Assembly (NCBI GenBank): GCA_018971835.1 | Contig: JAGWZW010000006.1 | Coordinates: 7,749 to 71,748, forward strand | DNA: 64,000 nucleotides | Direction of reading: 5' to 3' | Origin: Alphaproteobacteria bacterium | GTDB lineage: Bacteria; Pseudomonadota; Alphaproteobacteria; Micropepsales; Micropepsaceae | In this document: in pieces, positions 43,534 through 51,403 of the stretch | How the letters are laid out: every line of letters begins with the position of its first letter | How positions within the stretch are numbered: the first letter of the stretch is position 1 | Notes under the pieces: generated by a model | Databases searched by the model: none | What the model saw: only the letters and a program-made list of their open reading frames with translations | Told to the model about the DNA's origin: nothing | Translations under genes and position numbers: made by a program

Positions 43534-43727
43534 GCTGCCTCCGAAACATTGCGCCTGACAGCGCAGTGCCGCGGCTTCCGGAACGACCGGGCCGTCGCTA
43601 TCGCGGCTTGCGCTTGCACCGCGGCCGCAGGCGCCGTTACCTTCTCGGGTCATCGCTCGTGGCAGTTCCGGGCCGGCTCGCCCGGCTGCGCAGCTGCTTT
43701 CGCCGGGAAGGCGTGGCTTGTTCTGCA

Positions 43728-44633
43728 ATGAAATTCAATGGGTTAGATTTAAACCTGCTGGTCGCGCTCGACGCCCTGATGACCGAGAGGAGCGTGTCCG
43801 AAGCGGCCAACCGCATCGGCGTGACCCAGTCGGCCATGAGCGCCGCGCTCGGCCGGCTGCGGGAGTTCTTCGGCGACAACCTTCTGGTCAACGTCGGCCG
43901 CCGGATGGTGCTCACGCCGAGGGCCGAAACTTTGGCGCAGCCCGTCCATGAGACATTGCTGCGGATTTCAGGCCTGATCGCGCAGGCTCCTGAATTCGAT
44001 CCGGCAGCAAGTACCCGTCACTTCGAAATCATCGCCTCAGACTACATCGTCAAGACGGTTCTGGCGCGTGCCATTGGCGAGGCGACCCGGATGGCACCGA
44101 ACATACGCTTTACGGTCAGGGCACTGGGCGACTCGATCGAAACCCAACTCGAACGTGCCGAAGTCGATCTTCTCATCATGATTGCCCAGTATCTTTCACC
44201 GGGCCATCCCAGTGAACTGCTGTTCGAAGAAGACTATGTCGTCGTCGGTTGGAGCGGGAATCCGAAGCTGGCCAGTCCACTGGATGTCGATACCTTCTGT
44301 GCCCTGCGGCACGTTTCGGTTTCGCATGGCAGGAACCATCTGCCGACCTTCGAAACGCTGTACATGGCGGACCGTGGGCCGGGCCGCATCATCGACGTTG
44401 TCGTCTCCGCGTTCACCGATGTGGGAGACATGCTGGTCGGGACCGAGCGCATTGCCACCGTTCATCGCAGACTGGCCCATATCCTGTGCCGCGAACAGCC
44501 GCTGACCATGCACGAACTGCCATTTCCGATACCGCCGGTGAAATTGATGGCGCAGTGGCACCACATCCGGAAGAACGACCAGGAACTGCGCTGGTTCCTC
44601 GACATCCTGCACACCGTCTGCGACGCGGCGTGA
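43728..44633 (+). CDS. LysR-family transcriptional regulator (NodD/SyrM-like N-terminus)
   Basis: HTH (LDLNLLVALDALMTERSVSEAANRIGVTQSAMSAALGRLR) plus a LysR substrate-binding domain. Confidence 0.88.
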   Translation: MKFNGLDLNLLVALDALMTERSVSEAANRIGVTQSAMSAALGRLREFFGDNLLVNVGRRMVLTPRAETLAQPVHETLLRISGLIAQAPEFDPAASTRHFEIIASDYIVKTVLARAIGEATRMAPNIRFTVRALGDSIETQLERAEVDLLIMIAQYLSPGHPSELLFEEDYVVVGWSGNPKLASPLDVDTFCALRHVSVSHGRNHLPTFETLYMADRGPGRIIDVVVSAFTDVGDMLVGTERIATVHRRLAHILCREQPLTMHELPFPIPPVKLMAQWHHIRKNDQELRWFLDILHTVCDAA

Positions 44634-44869
44634 AACGCCGGTTTGACCGGACGCATGCGCAAAACGCCCCCGGTGCGGCTTCTCGCATCGCTGACGCAGA
44701 TCAATAGTTTCGGCGACGTCGAACTTAAACTCAATTTCGTTCGTTTGATGCCGGCGGCCGCGCAACAGCAGCGTGGTTGACCTGGCAAGTCGAAGATGAC
44801 GCGGTAAAGCCAGACATGCAGTTGCAGGGCGCAGGCCGCGAGGCGCCGCGGCGCTTGGGATATGTGACA

Positions 44870-45304
44870 ATGCCGGACGGGACCGCTTCGGATCGCGGTT
44901 GGCGCCATTTTGCCCACGGCGCCGATTTGGGAGTGTGCGGCTGGGGCCCCACGCTCGCTGCGGCTTTCGAGCAGGCTGCGCTGGCCCTGACTGCCGCCGT
45001 GACGGCCGCGCAAGTCGCCGCCCGCGACAAGGTCGAGGTGACCTGCGAAGCGGCCGATCGCGAACTTCTCCTTGTCGATTGGCTGAACGCAATTATCTAC
45101 GAGATGGCCGTGCGCCGCATGCTGTTCGGCCGGTTTGAAGTGCGCATCGACGGCTGCCGTCTAGCAGCAGTGATCCGGGGCGAGAAGATCGATCCGCAAC
45201 GCCACCAGCCGGCTTGCGAGCCCAAAGGGGCGACCTGTACCGAATTGCAAGTTGCACAGGATGCACGCGGCGTCTGGACGGCACGCTGTGTCGTCGACGT
45301 GTGA
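44870..45304 (+). CDS. Archease (RtcB activator)
   Basis: N-terminal WRHFAHGADLGVCGWG (archease E/H-H-x-A-D motif) and a C-terminal ...KGATCTELQV... region. The start is uncertain (the ORF opens at TTG 44777). Confidence 0.75.
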   Translation: MPDGTASDRGWRHFAHGADLGVCGWGPTLAAAFEQAALALTAAVTAAQVAARDKVEVTCEAADRELLLVDWLNAIIYEMAVRRMLFGRFEVRIDGCRLAAVIRGEKIDPQRHQPACEPKGATCTELQVAQDARGVWTARCVVDV

Positions 45305-45315
45305 GGTGACGAAGC

Positions 45316-46746
45316 ATGGAGCCATCGCATTTTACCCGCCTCGACGAAACCGCCTGGCAAATCGAGTGTAGCGGAGCGATGCGCGTGCCGGCCATCATCT
45401 ATGCTGACGAGAATCTGATTCGCGATATGGACGAGAAGGTCTATGCCCAGTTGTCCAATGTCGCGACCTTGCCGGGTATTGTCCGCGCGGCGTACGCCAT
45501 GCCGGATGCACATTGGGGTTATGGTTTTCCGATAGGCGGCGTGGCCGCATTCGACCCGGCAGAGGGCGGTGTGGTTTCCGCGGGCGGTGTAGGTTTCGAT
45601 ATTTCCTGCGGCGTGCGCACCATGCTCACCGGCGTGCCGGCCCACGAAGTGGCCAGCGTCCGGTGCGCCCTTGCGGATTCACTCTTCCGGCAGGTTCCGG
45701 CCGGCCTCGGCAGCGAGGGCGCGATTATTCTGGGCGATACCGAAATGGACGCCATGCTCAGCGGAGGGGCACGCTGGGCAATCGCATACGGATATGGCGA
45801 ACTGCGCGACCTTGAACGCATCGAGGAGCAAGGCTGCGTCGCGGGCGCGCGGACGGACTGCGTCTCGGTGCGTGCCAGGAAGCGCCAGCAGCGCGAGATG
45901 GGCACGCTCGGTTCAGGCAATCATTATCTGGAGGTTCAGGCCGTCGATGAGATCTTCGATCCCGACGCGGCAAAGGCCTATGGGTTGGTTCGCGATGAAG
46001 CCGCCGTCACGATTCATTGCGGTTCGCGCGGGCTCGGCCACCAGATCGGTACCGATTACCTGAAGGAGATGCTGCCCGCCGCCGCCGCGGCTGGGATCAT
46101 CCTGCCCGATCGCGAACTGGCCTCGGCTCCTATCGGATCGGAAACCGCCACGCACTATCTGGGGGCCATGCGCGCGGCGGTCAATTGCGCCTTGGCCAAT
46201 CGCGAGATCCTGGGGCATTTGCTGCGGCGCATCTGGGGACACTATTTTCCCGATGCCGATGTCCGCCTGCTGTTTGACGTCTCGCACAACACCTGCAAGA
46301 TCGAACCGCATGCGGTGGACGGCAGGACAAGAGAGTTCTACGTCCATCGCAAGGGCGCCACGCGGGCGTTCGGTCCCGGCCATCCGGCCATACCGGAGCC
46401 GCTGCGTTCCGTCGGCCAGCCCGTCCTGATCGGCGGCAGCATGGGCACGGCGTCGTATATCCTCGCCGGCATGGCCAGCGCCGAGGCCCGGGCCTTTTCA
46501 TCAGCCTGTCACGGCGCCGGCCGGGCCATGTCACGCCACGCGGCGGCAAAGCGATGGAAGGGCCGCCAGGTTGGCGACGAACTCTATACCCGCGGCATCG
46601 TCATCCGCAGCCCGTCGATGCGCGGCGTCGCCGAAGAAGCGCCGGGAGCCTACAAGGATGTCGGCGCGGTCGTCGCGGCAGCGGAGCATGCCGGTCTGGC
46701 CAGGCGCGTGGCCCGATTGCGGCCGCTCATCTGCATCAAGGGCTGA
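45316..46746 (+). CDS. rtcB: RNA-splicing ligase RtcB
   Basis: RtcB motifs (MPDAHWGYGFPIGG, GVGFDISCG, LGSGNHYLEVQ, SHNTCKIE, CHGAGR). GAGGTG Shine-Dalgarno. Confidence 0.93.
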   Translation: MEPSHFTRLDETAWQIECSGAMRVPAIIYADENLIRDMDEKVYAQLSNVATLPGIVRAAYAMPDAHWGYGFPIGGVAAFDPAEGGVVSAGGVGFDISCGVRTMLTGVPAHEVASVRCALADSLFRQVPAGLGSEGAIILGDTEMDAMLSGGARWAIAYGYGELRDLERIEEQGCVAGARTDCVSVRARKRQQREMGTLGSGNHYLEVQAVDEIFDPDAAKAYGLVRDEAAVTIHCGSRGLGHQIGTDYLKEMLPAAAAAGIILPDRELASAPIGSETATHYLGAMRAAVNCALANREILGHLLRRIWGHYFPDADVRLLFDVSHNTCKIEPHAVDGRTREFYVHRKGATRAFGPGHPAIPEPLRSVGQPVLIGGSMGTASYILAGMASAEARAFSSACHGAGRAMSRHAAAKRWKGRQVGDELYTRGIVIRSPSMRGVAEEAPGAYKDVGAVVAAAEHAGLARRVARLRPLICIKG

Positions 46747-46763
46747 GCACTGGCGGGCCTGAC

Positions 46764-47750
46764 ATGGCGCGGATCGCACTTGTAGGAGACATCATGCTCG
46801 GCCGGCTGGTTTCGGCGCAGCTCCGCAAGGGCCGCCGCCCCGAAATCTGCCTGGGCAATCTGGCGGCGCTGCTGAACGCGGCCGACGGCGTCATTGCCAA
46901 TCTGGAGTGCGCGATCACCACCCATCACCAGGAGTGGCAGCGCACGCCGAAGGTTTTCCATTTTGGTGCCGATCCCCGGGCGATGGAAGTTTTGAACGCG
47001 GGCAATGTTCGCGCGGTGAGCCTTGCCAACAACCATATTCTCGATTTTGAGATCGCCGGACTTAACGATACGCTCGAATATCTGGACCAGGCAGGCATCG
47101 CCCATGCTGGCGCCGGAAGATCGGAAGCGGAGGCCTTCGCCCCGGCGCGGTTCAATCTCGGTGATGTGAACATCGCCTTGTTCGCGGTCACGGATAACGA
47201 GGCGCCATTCGCGGCGGGTAGCGCGAGCGCCGGCACAGCCTATGTTGATCTGGCGCGTGCAGACGGCGCGTTGCGCCCCAGTGCGGCGGAGATCGGGCAG
47301 GCGCGCACGGCGGGCGCGGACCTGACTATTCTGTCATGCCACCTCGGACCGAACATGGTGCTGGAACCCTCGGCCGCCATCCGCAACTACCGCCGCGCCG
47401 CCGTTGACGTCGGGATCGATATTGTCCACGGACATTCGGCCCATGTCGTGCAGGGCGTCGAACGCGTCGGCCATTCCCTGCTCCTGCATGACACCGGCGA
47501 TTTCTTGGATGACTATGCCGTCGAGCCGGAAATGCGGAACGATTTGTCCTTCGTGTTCGTGATCGAGACGGCGTGCGCGCAGCTCCGGCGCCTTACGCTG
47601 GTGCCCGTGTCGCTCGGCTGCGGCGAAGTCCACCATGCGAACGCCAGGGAGAGCGACTACCTCTGCGCCCGCACCCAACAGCTGTCGGCGAAATTCGGCA
47701 CCGATCTTTTCCGCACGGCCGAAGGGCTCGAACTCCTGCTGTCCGAATAG
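46764..47750 (+). CDS. CapA-family (PGA_cap) metallophosphoesterase-like protein
   Basis: CapA pattern (IALVGDIMLGR ... ANLECAIT ... SLANNHILDF ... GIAHAGAG ... HGHSAHVVQG). Lies 17 nt after rtcB. Confidence 0.75.
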   Translation: MARIALVGDIMLGRLVSAQLRKGRRPEICLGNLAALLNAADGVIANLECAITTHHQEWQRTPKVFHFGADPRAMEVLNAGNVRAVSLANNHILDFEIAGLNDTLEYLDQAGIAHAGAGRSEAEAFAPARFNLGDVNIALFAVTDNEAPFAAGSASAGTAYVDLARADGALRPSAAEIGQARTAGADLTILSCHLGPNMVLEPSAAIRNYRRAAVDVGIDIVHGHSAHVVQGVERVGHSLLLHDTGDFLDDYAVEPEMRNDLSFVFVIETACAQLRRLTLVPVSLGCGEVHHANARESDYLCARTQQLSAKFGTDLFRTAEGLELLLSE

Positions 47751-47759
47751 GCCAAGCTG

Positions 47760-48431
47760 TCACGCTGGACGCGCGGGTTCTTTCCCGGCCCGCGGCGGAA
47801 AGCGCGAAAGTGTTTCGATCACCTCATCGTCGGCGACCTGCCGGAAGTCGGTGTAGTAGAAACCGATGGCGTCGAAATCCGCATAACGCTCTAGACAGAC
47901 GATATCGTCGGTTTCGGCACGCAGCGCCTCTATCGTCTCGGTCGGCGCGACGGGCACGGCCAGAACCAGTGCCCTCGGCTTGCGCAGCCGCGTGGCCCGC
48001 AACGCGGCCCGCGTCGTCGCCCCGGTGGCGACGCCGTCGTCCACGACGATGGCTGTACGCGCTTCGATCCCAACGGGCGGGCGCGTACCGAGGTAGCGCT
48101 GGTGCCGGCGGGCGATTTCGGCCAGCTCGCGATCGCGGACCTCGGAGAATGTCTTGTCCGAGATGCCGGACATCGCGATGACATCCTCGTTGCGCACCGT
48201 CAGCGGCTCGGCCCCATCGACCACAGCCCCCATTGCCAGCTCCGGCTGCGATGGTACTCCGATCTTGCGTACCAAGAGAAGATCGAGCGGTGCATCCAGC
48301 GCCTCGGCGATTTCGGCGGCGACGGGGACGCCGCCGCGCGGCAGCGCGAGAATGACCGGAGTCTTGCCCTTGTAATGCAGGAGCGCTTTAGCCAGCCTCT
48401 GGCCGGCCTCCTTGCGATCGCTAAACGGCAT
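47760..48431 (-). CDS. Phosphoribosyltransferase-domain protein
   Basis: PRTase motifs (ILALPRGGVPVA ... TAIVVDDGVATGATT). The start overlaps the upstream hydrolase gene by 11 nt. Confidence 0.8.
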   Translation of the reverse strand: MPFSDRKEAGQRLAKALLHYKGKTPVILALPRGGVPVAAEIAEALDAPLDLLLVRKIGVPSQPELAMGAVVDGAEPLTVRNEDVIAMSGISDKTFSEVRDRELAEIARRHQRYLGTRPPVGIEARTAIVVDDGVATGATTRAALRATRLRKPRALVLAVPVAPTETIEALRAETDDIVCLERYADFDAIGFYYTDFRQVADDEVIETLSRFPPRAGKEPARPA

Positions 48432-49143
48432 GGCCTTCTGCCCTTCCGCGCTCGTGACCGTGCGGCACGAGATGTTGCTTAAACCAGCGTGCGGCATAGC
48501 CGGTGACCGCCTCGAGTGCGCCCGGTTCGGGAAACAAATGCGTCGCCTCCGGCACGATTTCGAGCGCCTTCACGCACTGCAGTTGCCGGAAGGCATCCTG
48601 GTTCAACTCGATCACACCGAAATCCGCGCCCCCGACAATCAGCAAAGTCGGAGCGTGAACGCGCGCCAGCGCTTCGCCCGCCAGATCGGGCCGGCCACCG
48701 CGCGAAACAACGGCGCCGATCTCGGTGTGCAGACCGGCTGCCGCCACCAGGGCGGCCGCCGCACCGGTGCTCGCGCCGAAGAGGCCGATGGGCAAATGGC
48801 CGACCGAGGCCCGGTGTCCGCTCCAGCGCACCGCGTCGCCGAGCCGCGCGGCCAGCAGCGCGATATCAAACACATTGGCGCGATCCGCTTCCTCCTCCGG
48901 CGTCAAAAGATCGAGAAGCAGCGTGGCCATTCCTTGCGCATTCAGCGCCGCAGCGACGGCGCTATTGCGGGGGCTGAAGCGGCTCGAGCCACTACCGTGC
49001 GCAAAAATCACGATGGCCTGCGCACCTTGCGGCACGCACAATATCCCAGGCAGGCCGCGCGGCGGAATGCTGACGTCCTGCTTTTGAATTTCTCCAAAGG
49101 GCCGCCGCGAAATTGCAGGTGTGTGCTCGGACCGGGATGTCAT
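48421..49143 (-). CDS. Dienelactone hydrolase / alpha-beta hydrolase family protein
   Basis: Alpha/beta hydrolase pattern (AIVIFAHGSGSSRFSPRN ... GLFGASTGAAAAL nucleophile elbow ... EATHLF). Confidence 0.75.
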   Translation of the reverse strand: MTSRSEHTPAISRRPFGEIQKQDVSIPPRGLPGILCVPQGAQAIVIFAHGSGSSRFSPRNSAVAAALNAQGMATLLLDLLTPEEEADRANVFDIALLAARLGDAVRWSGHRASVGHLPIGLFGASTGAAAALVAAAGLHTEIGAVVSRGGRPDLAGEALARVHAPTLLIVGGADFGVIELNQDAFRQLQCVKALEIVPEATHLFPEPGALEAVTGYAARWFKQHLVPHGHERGRAEGHAV

Positions 49144-49193
49144 GACCTCGGGCCTTTCGGCTAAGATGATCGCGCGGCCACAGGGATGCCACC

Positions 49194-50306
49194 GTGATCG
49201 AAATCAACAATGTCGACGGCTCTCTTGCCGAAAAAATCCGCTTTCTCGGCAGCGGCGCGGCATTTCCCGGTGAAGCGGGGCCCGTGGAGATTCGCCAGAC
49301 CCATATGTCCTGTGTCTTCCTCACCCGGGAGAGGGTCTACAAGCTCAAGAAGCCGGTGCGTCTTTCCTACCTCGATTTCTCGACACTGGATCGTCGCGAA
49401 GCGGCATGCCGTGCCGAGCTGAAGATCAACCAGCTATTGGCTCCGGGCGTCTATCTCGCTGTTGCGCCGGTGTCGCGCGATGCGCAGGGCTATTCGCTCG
49501 ACCGCACAGGAGAGATTGCCGATTGGCTGGTGGTGATGCGCCGGCTGGACGAGACGTTGATGCTGGATCGCTTTCTCAGCGAAGGCCGCCTGACGCGGTT
49601 CGACCTGAACCGGCTGGTGGCGCGACTTGTCACATTCTACCGGCACGCGGCACCGGCATTGGTTCCGCCGCACGCCTGGCTGGCGAAATGGCGCCGCGAC
49701 ATCGCCGGCAACCATGCGCTGCTGCGCCGCGAGGCGTTTCGCCTTCCGCCGGCGAAGGTTGCGCGCATACACCACACTCTGCTGCGCTTCCTGCAGGAAC
49801 GCCAGGCGCTTCTCCTGCACAGAGCGGAGCATCGGCATATTGTCGATGGTCATGGCGATCTCAGGCCGGAGCACATCTGGCTCGGCCGGCCGCTTCGCAT
49901 CATCGACCGGCTGGAATTCGATCCAGCCTTGCGCCGGCTCGATCCGTTTGACGAAGCGGCCTATCTCGATCTCGAATGCCGGCGGCTGGGCGCCGCCTGG
50001 GCCGGGGACCGCATCCGTCGTGGGCTGATCCGCGCGCTCAGAAACGGGCCATCCTCGCAACTGTTCGTGTTCTATCGCTGCTATCGCGCAGCCCTGCGCG
50101 CCCGCCTTGCGGCCGCGCATTTGCTGGAACCCGAAGTACGCACGCCGGAAAAGTGGCGGCCGCTGGCGCTGGAATATCTGTCCTTCGCTGCGGCAGACGC
50201 CGCGTGCCTGGAACGCTTTCTCAGAACGCCAGCAGGTCGTCGGTCGGCAGGCCCTTATGCAACCGGAAAAGCGCCTCGGCCAGAAGCGGCGCGCAAGGAA
50301 GGATGA
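49194..50306 (+). CDS. Aminoglycoside-phosphotransferase-like (APH/choline kinase fold) protein kinase-like protein
   Basis: Kinase-like catalytic motif (IVDGHGDLRPEHIWL ... IIDRLEFD). GTG start. The 3' end overlaps the convergent prs-like gene by 86 nt. Confidence 0.6.
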   Translation: MIEINNVDGSLAEKIRFLGSGAAFPGEAGPVEIRQTHMSCVFLTRERVYKLKKPVRLSYLDFSTLDRREAACRAELKINQLLAPGVYLAVAPVSRDAQGYSLDRTGEIADWLVVMRRLDETLMLDRFLSEGRLTRFDLNRLVARLVTFYRHAAPALVPPHAWLAKWRRDIAGNHALLRREAFRLPPAKVARIHHTLLRFLQERQALLLHRAEHRHIVDGHGDLRPEHIWLGRPLRIIDRLEFDPALRRLDPFDEAAYLDLECRRLGAAWAGDRIRRGLIRALRNGPSSQLFVFYRCYRAALRARLAAAHLLEPEVRTPEKWRPLALEYLSFAAADAACLERFLRTPAGRRSAGPYATGKAPRPEAARKEG

Positions 50307-51258
50307 CGAGCTTGTCTCTCGCCGCACCGGCGGCCAGCCGGAACGGCGGCACCGCATCGGCGATGACCAGACGATCGAGCATCGGATCCGCGATCGCTTC
50401 GGCGGCACCGGACGTGAAAAGTCCGTGCGTCGCCATCGCCACCACCCGCCTGGCACCGGCCGCCCGCACGGCGCGCGCCGCCCGCAGCAGCGTGTTTCCG
50501 GTGCTGACGAGATCATCCACGATTAGTGCCGTGGCACCGGCCGCATCGCCGACGAACAGATCGCCGCTGACGACCCCGGCGCTGCGGTGCTTGTCGACAA
50601 AACCCTTGCCGACAGGTTGCGCGCCTGCGCTTTCGAGCGCCTCGCGCAGCAGTTCCGCGCGCTTTACGCCGCCCGGATCGGGAGAAACCACGCAAAGTGG
50701 TGCTGCCTTCATCGCCAGCGTGTAATCGACGAACAGCGGCGCAGCAGTGAGCGCAACTTGCGGACGGCGAAAGGCATTCTCGAAGGCCACCGGATTATGC
50801 ACGTCGAGGGTGACGACCGCGTCTGTACCGGCGGCCTCGAACAGCGCGGCAATGTAGCGCGTGGTGACGGGATCGTTCGGTTTCGTCCGCCGGTCCTTGC
50901 GCGCATAACATAGATACGGAACCACGGCCGTGACCTGCGCCGCGCCCGCATCCTTAAGCGCGCCAATAAAGAACAGCAGACGGCAGAGCTTGTCGTTGGC
51001 GCTTTCTACCGGCCCGCCGTACAGGCTCTGCAGGACGAAGATGCGTCTGCCGCGCACACTGACGAGCGGGCGGCTTTTGTGTTCGCCATCTTCGAAACTT
51101 CGTTCTTCATGAGCGCAAAGCGCAATGCCCAATTCGCGCGCCACGGCCGCGCCGAGGTCGCGACTGGCGTTGAGCGCGAACAGGCACGCGTCGCCCTCCT
51201 GGGCAAGGCTTCGCCGTACGGCTGTTTTCGGCGACCAGAGCGGAATTGCGGACGTCAT
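50221..51258 (-). CDS. Ribose-phosphate pyrophosphokinase (Prs) family paralogue
   Basis: Prs pattern (RSFEDGEHKSRPLVSVRGRRIFVLQS ... NDKLCRLLFFIGALKDAGA ... VVPYLCYARKDRR ... LIVDDLVSTGNTL). Confidence 0.8.
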   Translation of the reverse strand: MTSAIPLWSPKTAVRRSLAQEGDACLFALNASRDLGAAVARELGIALCAHEERSFEDGEHKSRPLVSVRGRRIFVLQSLYGGPVESANDKLCRLLFFIGALKDAGAAQVTAVVPYLCYARKDRRTKPNDPVTTRYIAALFEAAGTDAVVTLDVHNPVAFENAFRRPQVALTAAPLFVDYTLAMKAAPLCVVSPDPGGVKRAELLREALESAGAQPVGKGFVDKHRSAGVVSGDLFVGDAAGATALIVDDLVSTGNTLLRAARAVRAAGARRVVAMATHGLFTSGAAEAIADPMLDRLVIADAVPPFRLAAGAARDKLVILPCAPLLAEALFRLHKGLPTDDLLAF

Positions 51259-51380
51259 CTTCTCCGAACTCCACGATATTGAGCATTAAGCCCGCACCGT
51301 GCCCCTTCCACAAGCGAGCTTTCTCGATGGCGCCAAGGCACGGCGGCAACGAATTGAAGATCAACGCGCCCAGAAAACCG

Positions 51381-51394
51381 TTGATTTGCGTCAA
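51381..51394 (-). promoter_or_regulatory. FNR/FixK-type box TTGATTTGCGTCAA
   Basis: Near-consensus TTGAT-N4-(A/G)TCAA palindrome, about 125 bp upstream of the prs-like start (51258) and 10 nt beyond the histidine kinase stop. Its left half is identical to the box at 8840. Confidence 0.6.
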
Positions 51395-51403
51395 GCTTGC
51401 AGC

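Noticed and set aside
42520-43728. 402-aa minus-strand ORF opposite the tandem EthD-like gene
   Set aside because: It is Arg-rich and lacks an RBS. The + strand ORF has a strong GGGAGGA Shine-Dalgarno, high GC3 and an internal repeat with a conserved motif.
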